Made by a program: the position numbers and the translations under genes
The notes under the pieces: model-generated
Seen by the model: only the letters and a program-made list of their open reading frames with translations
Database searches by the model: none
What the model was told of the DNA's origin: nothing
Assembly: GCA_938015425.1 (NCBI GenBank)
Contig: CALLPQ010000030.1
Span: 2,649-66,648, forward strand
DNA: 64,000 nucleotides
Origin: an uncultured Parvularculaceae bacterium
Lineage (GTDB): Bacteria > Pseudomonadota > Alphaproteobacteria > Caulobacterales > Parvularculaceae
Reading direction: 5' to 3'
Shown: piece after piece, positions 17,426-26,428 of the stretch
Layout: each line of letters begins with the position of its first letter
How positions within the stretch are numbered: position 1 is the stretch's first letter

Positions 17426-18004
17426 TTAAATTTGTGAAAAAGGCATTAGGGGGGATTGGTTTTTCGTAAATGTTTTTAACTCTTTGCCTTTTAATATGCC
17501 GTTGAGGTTTTTGTCTGCTTGGTCAAACATTTTTCGAGCATTGGATAGAAACTCTGTTTGTGACAAAGCCTGATCATTGCCAGCGCTGGTATAAAAATTT
17601 GTCCGGGCAAGGGCATCAATACGTGTACGTTCAAACTTATCCATTGATTGGCTATTGGTCGAGAGATGGAGGGGAAGTTTATAGGCTTTGTTATTAACTT
17701 CTATTGCCAAAAACCCGTTTAGATGGGCCATTTCGGCTTTGACAACCATAAAGGTTGCATATTCGTCAGTGTCTAAAACATTATTTTGGTCAAAGTCTGC
17801 GCTTGCAAACAATGAGCCCGTATGATCAAGGAAATCGTCCAGCGTGAGAGAGGTAAGCGACGTATGATAAGCATCCTCCCATTGGGCTGGGTGCTCTTTT
17901 GATTGTTCCAAAATGGTGCTGATTGTATCTGAGGTTGTATATGTGAGGCTGCTGGCTTTGATGCCTAATATTGCGATGGCGCTGATCAAAAGTGACTTTA
18001 ACAT
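17426..18004 (-). CDS. Secreted EF-hand calcium-binding protein
   Basis: Signal peptide MLKSLLISAIAILGIKA. Two canonical 12-residue loops, DFDQNNVLDTDE and DKNLNGILKGKE. The ATG at 18004 has AGGGA upstream. Confidence 0.7.
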   Translation of the reverse strand: MLKSLLISAIAILGIKASSLTYTTSDTISTILEQSKEHPAQWEDAYHTSLTSLTLDDFLDHTGSLFASADFDQNNVLDTDEYATFMVVKAEMAHLNGFLAIEVNNKAYKLPLHLSTNSQSMDKFERTRIDALARTNFYTSAGNDQALSQTEFLSNARKMFDQADKNLNGILKGKELKTFTKNQSPLMPFSQI

Positions 18005-18181
18005 GGTGCGATCCCTATTTGCTTTTTTAATGAGAGCAACATGCCCAAAAAGGTGGGCGTAGGTTTGAGCATTTTTTGAGTTTTTTGGGGCACCTATGAC
18101 CATTTTACGGCTTACAAACCGGTAAGGTTGGGGGGCTTATTAAGGATGACCACATATATATGTGGTATATGTCGGGGCTAT

Positions 18182-18212
18182 AAAAAAACGGTCAGGATTG
18201 CTCCTAACCGCT
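18182..18212 (-). terminator. Intrinsic terminator of ndk
   Basis: The minus strand reads GCGGTTAGGA-GCAA-TCCTGACCG followed by TTTTTTT. Confidence 0.7.
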
Positions 18213-18282
18213 TTTGATTTAATAGTTTTTGGTGAAAGTCGCCGCGTGAGCGATTTAAACGCAAAACGCCTAAATGTTTAGT

Positions 18283-18705
18283 TTAGCCAACGATTTCATT
18301 GTCAGAAAAGAAATAGGCAATCTCTTCTTTTGCGGTCTCGGGGGCATCTGAACCGTGTACGGTGTTCTCACCTATTGACTCAGCAAATTCTGCGCGGATA
18401 GTGCCCGCATCGGCTTCCGCCGGGTTCGTTGCGCCCATAATCTCACGGTTGCGCGCGATGGCGTTTTCCCCTTCAAGCACTTGCACAATAACAGGGCCGG
18501 ATGTCATAAATTCAACCAGCTCACCAAAGAAAGGGCGTTCTTTATGAACAGCGTAGAAACCGCCAGCTTGTTCTTCGCTCATGTGGATGCGTTTTGAAGC
18601 AACGACGCGCAGGCCGCCTTCTTCAAATTTAGCAATCACTTTACCGGTGATATTACGGCGTGTTGCATCGGGTTTTAAAATAGAAAAAGTACGTTCTAGG
18701 GCCAT
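18283..18705 (-). CDS. ndk: Nucleoside diphosphate kinase
   Basis: [21 protein letters not shown]...[15 protein letters not shown] before the ATG at 18705. Confidence 0.95.
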   Translation of the reverse strand: MALERTFSILKPDATRRNITGKVIAKFEEGGLRVVASKRIHMSEEQAGGFYAVHKERPFFGELVEFMTSGPVIVQVLEGENAIARNREIMGATNPAEADAGTIRAEFAESIGENTVHGSDAPETAKEEIAYFFSDNEIVG

Positions 18706-18843
18706 GATGATTTCCTTTAAATGGCGGTGTATTGGGCGTGTTCCTAGCAATGACTTTGATGTGATGCAAGGGTTTATAGGGAATGGGATGCAGATGGAGG
18801 AGGGCGGGAAGCCTTTAATGACCTAATGCTTGCGTATCTGAAG

Positions 18844-18879
18844 CTGAGGACCCTAAAGCTGAGGACCCTAAAGTGAGGA
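18844..18879 (+). repeat. 15-bp tandem repeat CTGAGGACCCTAAAG x2.4
   Basis: Read directly from the sequence. Lies immediately 3' of tRNA-Met (on the minus strand). Confidence 0.85.
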
Positions 18880-18889
18880 TTGGCGATAA

Positions 18890-18966
18890 TGGTAGTGGGA
18901 GGCAGATTTGAACTGCCGACCTCCGGGTTATGAATCCGGCGCTCTCACCAACTGAGCTACCCCACC
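18890..18966 (-). tRNA. tRNA-Met (anticodon CAU), elongator-like; a lysidine-modified Ile2 identity cannot be excluded
   Basis: Minus strand GGTGGGGTAGCTCAGTTGGTGAGAGCGCCGGATTCATAACCCGGAGGTCGGCAGTTCAAATCTGCCTCCCACTACCA. Cloverleaf with a TTCAAAT T-loop and encoded CCA. The anticodon stem has an A31-C39 mismatch and lacks the three GC pairs of initiator tRNA. Confidence 0.9.
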
Positions 18967-19100
18967 ACAATAATCAGAGTCATCCGTTAAATAGTAAGCC
19001 GCGTCCTACACTATGATCTATCATAATGGCAAGAGGGTAAATGCCTGCTGTGCTAGATTTTTAAAACCCGATAGGAGCCCTGAAATGCCTAGATGAATGT

Positions 19101-19916
19101 CTAGTTTGTTTCCTGTTCCAAACGCTCAATAAGGGCATCCACACCGTTGGCGGTGATAAAGGATGAAAATTCCTCCCGCTTAACAGTCATGATAGAAACA
19201 CCTGAAACGATGATATCAATCATTTTATGACCTTCAGCACGAAGCTTCCTTGCTCTCCAATCCACATTGACGGGTGTTCCGTCATCGCGGAAAAAGCGGG
19301 TTCTTACAATGACATCGCGCCGACCAAATGCTGTGGCATCATTGATGGATAATTCACGTCCTGCGATGCCGCGAAACTGTTCCGCGTAGAGTTGTGTAAT
19401 ATAATTCGGAAAAACCGCGTCATATCTTGTTTGTTGCTCTTGGGTTAAATCGTTCCGATTTGAACCCAGCATAAACCGACCTAGAAAATCGAGGGCTAAA
19501 CCCTGATTTAAAACATCTTGAAAGTTGGCTAATTGCTGACTTTCATCACTCGTATCGACGAAGGCTCTGTTTGCATTATCGGTCAGCTCTTTTGTAAAAG
19601 AAACAGCCTCTTGAATTTTATCAGAGGCGATTTTATCAGCCTGTGTCTGACTTTGGTTGACGCTTGCCGCTTGGCTTGCTTCACTCGTTTGCGCAACATT
19701 TTTTGCCGTAATGGCATGTGCGGATATTGCGGGGGTAAGGCCAAGAGCCATGATCGCAGCTAATAAGCTGATAGAAGGCTTGGACTTTAAAACCGTTGAC
19801 CGTGAGATCATTGACCGTGAGATCATTTTTATATCGGAAGTCAATTCTAAATCGGAAGTCAATTCTAAATCGGAAGCCAACTCTAAATCGGAAGAATGAG
19901 ATCGTATTGTAAACAT
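19101..19916 (-). CDS. MlaC/Ttg2D-family periplasmic phospholipid-binding protein
   Basis: LALDFLGRFMLG...YITQLYAEQF...VDWRARK...HKMIDIIVSGVSIMTVKREEF. Signal peptide SISLLAAIMALGLTPAISAHA. The start is ambiguous (19916, 19826 or 19811) because of tandem repeats. Confidence 0.75.
   Translation of the reverse strand: MFTIRSHSSDLELASDLELTSDLELTSDIKMISRSMISRSTVLKSKPSISLLAAIMALGLTPAISAHAITAKNVAQTSEASQAASVNQSQTQADKIASDKIQEAVSFTKELTDNANRAFVDTSDESQQLANFQDVLNQGLALDFLGRFMLGSNRNDLTQEQQTRYDAVFPNYITQLYAEQFRGIAGRELSINDATAFGRRDVIVRTRFFRDDGTPVNVDWRARKLRAEGHKMIDIIVSGVSIMTVKREEFSSFITANGVDALIERLEQETN
19796..19827 (+). repeat. 15-bp tandem duplication TTGACCGTGAGATCA x2
   Basis: Read directly from the sequence. 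Encodes MISRS-MISRS on the minus strand, duplicating a candidate start codon. Confidence 0.9.
19834..19894 (+). repeat. 18-bp tandem repeat TCGGAAGTCAATTCTAAA x3.4
   Basis: Read directly from the sequence. Encodes SDLELA/SDLELT x3 if translated from 19916. Confidence 0.9.
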
Positions 19917-20210
19917 AATAGTGGCCTTTCCCTCAGGATGACGTAAATCTTATTCTATGATCTTTGGTGATAACCGATCACTTTGATAGCTGATCAATCT
20001 TGATAGTTTTAGGTTTTACCATTGATAATAAATTTAATCATAGCGGAGCAGACTATGATGTAAAAGGTAAATGTGGCGATTTTATCGTCAAAACTGTGTA
20101 AATTATGGCCAACCCCATAACTAGCTCAGGCTTGAACCCCAGCTATATTTCTAGCTATATTTTTGGCCAAATCCCCAGTCCCGTCACCTGCTAAATCCTC
20201 AGTCCGGACT

Positions 20211-20437
20211 CAGAGCCTGAATCAACAGCCGGTAAACACCTTCAGCAGGTTGTAGATCAGACATTCATCACAACATTTTCATACGGTTTCGGCTCTGTAC
20301 CCCAAAAGCTGAGCCTTAATCAACAACCGGTAAACACCTTCAGCAGGTTGTAGATCAGACATTTATTACAACATTTTCATACGGTTTCGGCTCTAATTCT
20401 GTAAAATGAGAGCCTGAGGTGTAACGAGTTGGGTTGG
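20211..20437 (+). repeat. Dispersed intergenic repeat family, locus C (tandem dimer with complete tail)
   Basis: Unit 1 is 20211-20297, unit 2 is 20309-20394, and the tail AATTCTGTAAAATGAGAGCCTGAGGTGTAACGAGTTGGGTTGGC ends at 20437, directly abutting the phoD stop codon. Confidence 0.9.
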
Positions 20438-22198
20438 CTAGAATAAAAATCTTTCTTTAAAGGTCAGCCCGCTGGTGCCTTTGAATTTTGCGGCCCCTGA
20501 TCGGGATTGATGACTGATTGTAAAACCCACCTTTTCAAAAGCGTTATAATCGGGTTGTTCTACAGTATCGACGGCCATAAATTTGGCCTCTGCTTTTTGC
20601 GGGGTTACGGATAAGTCAATATAGCCATGATTTTGTCCGCTTAAATAACGCACATCTTTGTTTTTCTGGTTTAGCAAAAGCGCATATTCTGCACCGCGCC
20701 CCCCGAGAAAATTACCGCTATAAGGCGAAGGCGAGGTTACAGAGTGCACCCCAAGTTCAACCCCCATCAATTCTCCCTCTTTGTCTCGCAAATCATTGGC
20801 CCACCAAGTATGGGTATCACCCGTTAGCACAATTAATCCTTGTGCGTCGGTTGTATTTTTTACCATATCGTAAAACCGTTCACGCGCGGCCGGATATCCA
20901 TCCCACGCATCAAAATTAGTCGGTAGGCCAAGGGTTGAAGCTTCAACAAACGCGCGTCCTTGATCCCATTGTGATTGTAAGTCGACAATTTCTTCTTCTG
21001 TGACGTGGGGCGTTAAATCCGGTGCTGTCACTTTCGCCATGATGATCTGGTTTGCTAATAATCGCCAAGGTTGCCCTGCGTTTTTTGACTTTGTAAAAAC
21101 ATCGCTTAGCCACTTTGTTTGCGCCGTTCCCAGCATTTCCCGTTTAGGGTCGTTAATGACCTCGTTTTTAAATCGTTCTATGTCTTCTGGCCGTTGGCCA
21201 AACTTTAATGCATCAGCAAACTGGATTTCGGCGCTTCTGGCCATTAAGCGGGTTTCGATGGCGCCAATGGTCAATAAGTCCCCGTAGGAAAAAGACCGGA
21301 AAAAAGCTTCGCGCGGATTGGCGTCTTGCGGATCACGCACGGGCATCCATTCATAATAGGCTTGCAGGGCCGCGCGCCGGCGGGTGGCCCATTCTCCTTC
21401 TGTTTTCGGGGTATGATTTTGAGCCCCGTCTTTCCATGAATTATTTGCGGTTTCATGATCATCCCAGATGGCGATGAGGGGGTGGGCTGCGTGCATGGCT
21501 TGTGCCGCAGGATCGGATTTATATTGTTTATGACGTGTACGGTAATCTTGCAGGGAAATGGTTTCATGGCCGGGTGCATGATTGCGGTTTAGTGTCTTGC
21601 CTTGTTCCCCGCCATATCCTTCATTGCCATATTCATAAATATAATCCCCCAAATGGATCACTGCATCGAGATTGTTCCGGCGGGCAATCTGGTCGTATAC
21701 ATTGAAAAACCCGAACGGATAATTAGAACAAGAAATAACCGCAAAATTGGCCTGCTCTACCGGGCCAGCCGGTAGGGTGCGGGTGCGCCCGATTGGTGAT
21801 ATATGAGGGCCCGACAAAAACCGATAATAATAGGATTGGCCCGGCTGCAACCCTTGGGCATCTATTTTAAAGGTCCCGTCATTGACGGCGCGGGCACGCC
21901 CTGTTCCGCTTTGTTGTATGGAGTTAAAATCTTTATCGCTCGCGATTTCCCAGCTGATATTTTGAGGTTGCGCAAATGGATTGCCGTTTTCGTCACTAAT
22001 CCTTGTCCATAAAATAACTTTTGTTGATTGTGGGTCGCCGCTAGCGACGCCGTCCTGAAACACATTTGCGGATGATGCGCGGCCCGCCTGTGCCGAGCGT
22101 GTGGGGGAGGTGAAAGGCGTTAAAACCGGATTGCTGGCGCAAGAGGCTGCACTGCTGGCGAGTAAAGTGGTCAGGGCGGTGCGGCGTGTAACTTTCAT
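20438..22198 (-). CDS. phoD: Alkaline phosphatase PhoD (Tat-exported)
   Basis: Twin-arginine signal MKVTRRTALTTLLASSAASCA. FQDGVASGDP, HLGDYIYEY, WDDHE and GDTHTWWAN motifs. AAGGA SD before the ATG at 22198. Confidence 0.9.
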   Translation of the reverse strand: MKVTRRTALTTLLASSAASCASNPVLTPFTSPTRSAQAGRASSANVFQDGVASGDPQSTKVILWTRISDENGNPFAQPQNISWEIASDKDFNSIQQSGTGRARAVNDGTFKIDAQGLQPGQSYYYRFLSGPHISPIGRTRTLPAGPVEQANFAVISCSNYPFGFFNVYDQIARRNNLDAVIHLGDYIYEYGNEGYGGEQGKTLNRNHAPGHETISLQDYRTRHKQYKSDPAAQAMHAAHPLIAIWDDHETANNSWKDGAQNHTPKTEGEWATRRRAALQAYYEWMPVRDPQDANPREAFFRSFSYGDLLTIGAIETRLMARSAEIQFADALKFGQRPEDIERFKNEVINDPKREMLGTAQTKWLSDVFTKSKNAGQPWRLLANQIIMAKVTAPDLTPHVTEEEIVDLQSQWDQGRAFVEASTLGLPTNFDAWDGYPAARERFYDMVKNTTDAQGLIVLTGDTHTWWANDLRDKEGELMGVELGVHSVTSPSPYSGNFLGGRGAEYALLLNQKNKDVRYLSGQNHGYIDLSVTPQKAEAKFMAVDTVEQPDYNAFEKVGFTISHQSRSGAAKFKGTSGLTFKERFLF

Positions 22199-22271
22199 CA
22201 AAATATCCTTACCATAAATGAAAATCGACTTGGTATAGAGATGAGCCCTTCTATGGCCTTCTCTCCACATG

Positions 22272-22340
22272 ATTATACTTATTTATTATACTTATTTTTT
22301 CGCTCTTTTTTAACGCTCTTTTCTTTGCGCTCTATTCGTG
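22272..22340 (+). repeat. Two adjacent ~13-bp-period tandem repeats (ATTATACTTATTT x2, then CGCTCT-containing units x3)
   Basis: Read directly from the sequence, in the phoD/amidohydrolase divergent intergenic region. Confidence 0.8.
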
Positions 22341-22437
22341 ACAGGAGTATGATGCACAGATATACTTTTTACCATCAAGAATGACATAAGAGGCAAAATA
22401 TATGGTTGAGATAGCGAGATATGGTCGTAAAGGCGAA

Positions 22438-23898
22438 ATGGGTAGCAAAAGCCTAATGGTAACAACGGTCTTGCTCTGTTCGCTTGCCATTGCTGCATGT
22501 GGCGGCAATCAAGACAAAAAATCGAATAATAAAAAGGGCGAAGTGGCCCAGTCGGGTGTGCCGTCGCGTGATCCTTTTCCTTCGACCTATCAGCCCTATA
22601 TGTCTGAAGTGACATTGATAAAGGGGGCAACCATTCTTACGGCAACGGGTGAGCAGATTGAAGATGGATCAATCCTGCTTGCGGATGGTAAGATCAGTGC
22701 GGTGGGAACGGCAAAAGATGTTAAAACCCCCAAAGATGCAAGGGTTATTGATGCGGCCGGAAAATGGGTCACACCGGGGATTATTGATATTCACTCCCAT
22801 CTTGGGGTCTATCCATCACCGGGTAATGCCTCCACGGCTGATGGTAATGAATTGACAAACCCCAACACGGCTGAGGTCTGGGCCGAGCATTCGGTCTGGC
22901 CGCAAGATCCTGGATTTACCCGTGCCTTGGCGGGGGGGATTACGTCGCTGCAAATTCTGCCGGGGTCTGGCAATCTATTTGGTGGCCGCACAGTGACCTT
23001 GAAAAACGTGCCTGCACGTAGTGTTCAGGATATGAAATTTCCCAGTGCTCCTTATGGATTGAAAATGGCGTGCGGAGAAAACCCGAAGCGGGTTTACGCA
23101 AGCCGTGGTCCGGCCACCCGCATGGCTAACTTTTCCCACTATCGCAAAGCATGGATTGATGCGGCGGAGTATAATAAAAAATGGAAAAAATATGAGGCGG
23201 GGCTAGAAAAATCTAACGGCGAAGGGGATGATAAAGCCAATGCTCCCAAACGTGACCTTAAGCTAGAGACATTAGCGGGCGTCTTGAACGGTGAAATTGT
23301 TGTCAATATGCATTGTTACCGTGCGGATGAAATGGTGCAGGTCTTGGATATGGCCAAAGAGTTTGGATATAAGGTGAGCGCTTTTCATCATGCGGTTGAA
23401 GCCTTTAAAGTGGCTGACTATTTGGCTGAAAACGAAGTTTGCGCAGCAATCTGGGCCGATTGGTGGGGCTTTAAATTAGAAGCTTATGATAGTGTACGCG
23501 AGAATGCGGCATTGGTGCATGCGCAAGAGGGGGGATGTACAATCGTCCACTCTGATGATCCCACAGGCATTCAACGCCTTAACCAGGAAGCGGGCAAAGC
23601 CATGGCCGACGGTCAGCGCATTGGTCTTGATATTAGCGAGAAAGAGGCCATCGCGTGGATTACGGCCAATCCGGCCAAGGTGATGGGTGTTTTGGAACAA
23701 ACGGGAACATTGGAAGAAGGTAAGATGGCAGATATAGTTTTATGGTCCAGAAACCCGTTCTCCGTATACGCCAAAGCCGAGAAAGTCTTTATAGATGGGG
23801 CTTTAATGTTTGACCGTTCTGTTCCTTCATTATCGCCAAGAACCGATTTTGAAATTGGCCAACAAGAAAATGGCTATGTAGGCGGCGCAGGCCAGTGA
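22438..23898 (+). CDS. Amidohydrolase-superfamily lipoprotein (metal-dependent, Xaa-Pro/imidazolonepropionase-like clade)
   Basis: Lipobox LLCSLAIAAC. Metal motif GIIDIHSHLG. The ATG at 22438 has an AAGGCG SD. Confidence 0.8.
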   Translation: MGSKSLMVTTVLLCSLAIAACGGNQDKKSNNKKGEVAQSGVPSRDPFPSTYQPYMSEVTLIKGATILTATGEQIEDGSILLADGKISAVGTAKDVKTPKDARVIDAAGKWVTPGIIDIHSHLGVYPSPGNASTADGNELTNPNTAEVWAEHSVWPQDPGFTRALAGGITSLQILPGSGNLFGGRTVTLKNVPARSVQDMKFPSAPYGLKMACGENPKRVYASRGPATRMANFSHYRKAWIDAAEYNKKWKKYEAGLEKSNGEGDDKANAPKRDLKLETLAGVLNGEIVVNMHCYRADEMVQVLDMAKEFGYKVSAFHHAVEAFKVADYLAENEVCAAIWADWWGFKLEAYDSVRENAALVHAQEGGCTIVHSDDPTGIQRLNQEAGKAMADGQRIGLDISEKEAIAWITANPAKVMGVLEQTGTLEEGKMADIVLWSRNPFSVYAKAEKVFIDGALMFDRSVPSLSPRTDFEIGQQENGYVGGAGQ

Positions 23899-24043
23899 TT
23901 GGCATTACGGGTTGCGGCGTTTTCGGGCCTTGTTTTGATGATGTCCCAATTTGAAGGTGCCCCAAACCTGTTATTGAATTGATTTATTTTTCCCAAACGG
24001 ATGCTTCCTCATTGGAGATCCTATCGAAACGGAAGACAATAAG

Positions 24044-25453
24044 ATGATAAATACAAAAAACTTTTTTTTCAAAACGGCTAAAGCCGAAAAATCAAACCCG
24101 GTATCTTCTGGCAACCCGGTATCTTTTGGCAATATGCGATCCGGCGTTGGCAAATTGGCCATAATGGCCTCATTGCTTACGGCCTCTTCATTGATGACGG
24201 GTATGACCACCATAACAAGGGCGGCGGCGCAAACTGTTGCGGTGATGGATGGGCAGGTCCACACGGTTACGGGCTCGATTATTGAAGGCGGCGATATTAT
24301 TATCCGGGATGGCAAAATTACCGAGGTGGGGGCCAATCTATCTGCCCCCGCTGGCGCAACAATTATTGACGCCACCGGAAAATTTGTGACACCGGGCATT
24401 ATTGCCCCTCATTCAACTCTTGGTCTTTCAGAAGTTGGTGCGGTGGCGGATTCTAATGATACAAGACCAAATAATAATTTTCCTCTCGGGGCTTCTCTTG
24501 ATGCGGCGGACGGGTTTAACCCCGCTTCTAGTTTAATTGCTATTAATCGGGCCGGGGGTGTAACCCGCGCTGTTAGTGTTCCATCAGCAGGCGGATCACT
24601 TTTTGGCGGGCAGTCTATATTGGTGGATTTAACGGGTAAGAATAACTCGCTGATAAAGCGCAGCGTTTCCCAAAGTGTGTTGATTGGCGGCGGTGGTACG
24701 GGGCGTGCGGGCGGTACAAAACTTGGGGTTTGGGCCATTTTACGCGAAACTCTTGCGGAAGCCCAAACTTATGCAAATAATCCAGCCGGTTATCGGCAAT
24801 TATCAAGTGACGGGCGTTATAAGGTGAGCGATCTGGCGGCTTTGCGTCCGGTTATTGAAGGGCGTCAGCCTTTATTGGTGTCTGTTGATCGGGCGGCAGA
24901 CATTCGTAATGTTATCCGCTTAAAGAATGATTATGGGTTAAAAATTGTCATCGTTAGCGGACGCGAGGCATGGCGTGAGGCACGGGCATTGGCGGCGGCT
25001 AATATACCGGTTATATTAGATCCTCTGGCCAACTTACCCTCTGATTTCGATACGATCGGATCGACCTTAAAAAACGCTGCTTTTTTAAATCAGGCCGGTG
25101 TTGTGATCGGGTTTTATGGCCCTCAATCGGGCACCCATAATTTGCGCTTGTTGCCGCAATTGGCCGGGAACGCCGTTGCCGAGGGCTTGCCCTATGATGC
25201 GGCTTTAAAAGCCCTTACGTTAAACCCTGCTAAAATTTATGGTATAGATACTGATCTTGGTACGATCGAAGTGGGAAAAATTGCTGATATTGTAGTTTGG
25301 GATGGAGACCCGTTAGAAATTACAACACGGGTGAGTGATGTGGTGATTAACGGGGTTGCGCAATCTCTTGATAATCGTCAGCAACATCTGCTTGAACGTT
25401 ATAAAGATCTTGATCGTGGTGATAAGCCCCATCCTTTTCGAGGTGGGAATTAA
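24044..25453 (+). CDS. Amidohydrolase-like protein with a degenerate HxH metal motif
   Basis: Paralogous layout to the upstream gene, but the motif reads GIIAPHSTLG. Secretion signal present. Start uncertain (24044 or 24134). Confidence 0.75.
   Translation: MINTKNFFFKTAKAEKSNPVSSGNPVSFGNMRSGVGKLAIMASLLTASSLMTGMTTITRAAAQTVAVMDGQVHTVTGSIIEGGDIIIRDGKITEVGANLSAPAGATIIDATGKFVTPGIIAPHSTLGLSEVGAVADSNDTRPNNNFPLGASLDAADGFNPASSLIAINRAGGVTRAVSVPSAGGSLFGGQSILVDLTGKNNSLIKRSVSQSVLIGGGGTGRAGGTKLGVWAILRETLAEAQTYANNPAGYRQLSSDGRYKVSDLAALRPVIEGRQPLLVSVDRAADIRNVIRLKNDYGLKIVIVSGREAWREARALAAANIPVILDPLANLPSDFDTIGSTLKNAAFLNQAGVVIGFYGPQSGTHNLRLLPQLAGNAVAEGLPYDAALKALTLNPAKIYGIDTDLGTIEVGKIADIVVWDGDPLEITTRVSDVVINGVAQSLDNRQQHLLERYKDLDRGDKPHPFRGGN
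24095..24130 (+). repeat. 18-bp tandem duplication AACCCGGTATCTT[CT]TGGC x2, in frame
   Basis: Read directly from the sequence. Encodes NPVSSG-NPVSFG upstream of the alternative start at 24134. Confidence 0.9.
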
Positions 25454-25556
25454 ATCAGTCGCCATATGATCAATCGTGATGATAATGCTAGCCGCATTTT
25501 TGCTGTATTGCATGGGGTTATAAAATCTATATCCTGTTGAGGAGAAGGAGATTAAT

Positions 25557-25988
25557 ATGCGTTTGACGTTACAAACAGATTATGCCTTGCGCTTATTAAT
25601 GCATCTTGCAATCCGTGAAGATCAATTAACGACGATTGGTCAGACTGCTGAGAAATATGCGATCTCGAAAAATCACTTAATGAAAGTGGCCAATATTTTG
25701 GGGCGTCTTGGGTATATTGATACGGTTCGGGGGCGTGCGGGTGGTTTGAAACTGGCGCGGGTGCCGGAAAAAATCTCGCTAGGCAGTGTGGTTCGCACCC
25801 TTGAAGAAGAAACAGCCTTGGTTGATTGCTTTCCCGGCGGGACACGGCCATGCCTTATCTCCCCCAGTTGTCGCCTAAAGGGTGTTTTGGCCGAAAGTCT
25901 TAATGCCTTTTATAAAGTGCTTGATCATTATACCCTTAACGACCTTGTGAGTTCCAACGAGGACTTGAAGTTAGCACTGGCGCTTTAA
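25557..25988 (+). CDS. nsrR: Rrf2-family NO-responsive repressor NsrR
   Basis: MRLTLQTDYALRLLMHLA wHTH. Three-Cys cluster CFPGGTRPCLISPSC. Adjacent to hmp. Confidence 0.8.
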   Translation: MRLTLQTDYALRLLMHLAIREDQLTTIGQTAEKYAISKNHLMKVANILGRLGYIDTVRGRAGGLKLARVPEKISLGSVVRTLEEETALVDCFPGGTRPCLISPSCRLKGVLAESLNAFYKVLDHYTLNDLVSSNEDLKLALAL

Positions 25989-26123
25989 ACTGTTCATAAA
26001 GTAACAGGAAAGTTTTTGCGGGCCTATAATTTAGAGTGTTTTGTTTATGGGTTCTAAAATATTGACTTTTTAACCTAAATATTATATGACCATCATCGGA
26101 CTTTTAACGATGTCCTTTTTTAT

Positions 26124-26164
26124 GGAAGCGGATTTCAATCTCGGTTGGGTCCGCTTCTTTTTTA
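26124..26164 (+). terminator. Intrinsic-terminator-like hairpin in the nsrR-hmp spacer
   Basis: GGAAGCGGA...TCCGCTTC followed by TTTTTT. Lies 136 nt beyond the nsrR stop. Confidence 0.55.
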
Positions 26165-26351
26165 TAAATTCTCTTTTATATATTTTTGTAAGCCTTAAAC
26201 GGCTTGCTTTTGGGTGGTTTTCAAACCCCTAGTTCCAGATCATTTTTTCGACTGTAGGTTGGGAGATATCTTTTGCCCTAATCACGCCGCTATCTTTGTT
26301 TTTTGGGAATGTCGCCAATTTAAATTGTGGGGAGCTATTTGGTCGCACTAA

Positions 26352-26414
26352 AACATGTATTTACAATATTGCTTTTAGTGGGCTGTCTTTATATATGCAT
26401 GCTATATACATGTT
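26352..26414 (+). promoter_or_regulatory. Candidate NsrR operator region upstream of hmp
   Basis: AACATGTATTT (26352-26362) fits the AAnATGyATTT half-site as I recall it. TATATGCATGC-T-ATATACATGTT (26392-26414) resembles an 11-1-11 site. Ends 15 nt before the hmp ATG. Confidence 0.35.
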
Positions 26415-26428
26415 TAAAGGAAATCATT

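Noticed and set aside
19917-20210. CtrA/DnaA-type boxes or an ncRNA in the spacer upstream of the mlaC-like gene
   Set aside because: I found no TTAA-N7-TTAA or TTATCCACA match by eye. There are only short local duplications (for example CTAGCTATATTT x2).
20211-20437. Possible CRISPR array (repeated units in intergenic DNA; also considered for 36961-37199)
   Set aside because: The units are ~90 bp and directly tandem, or 13 bp with no unique spacers. There is no regular repeat-spacer periodicity and there are no cas genes in the window.
22330-22365. Pho box upstream of phoD (CTGTGCATCATACTCCTGTCAC on the minus strand)
   Set aside because: The two CTGT-containing half-sites are about 15 nt apart rather than the 11-nt spacing of PhoB boxes, and only one half resembles CTGTCA.
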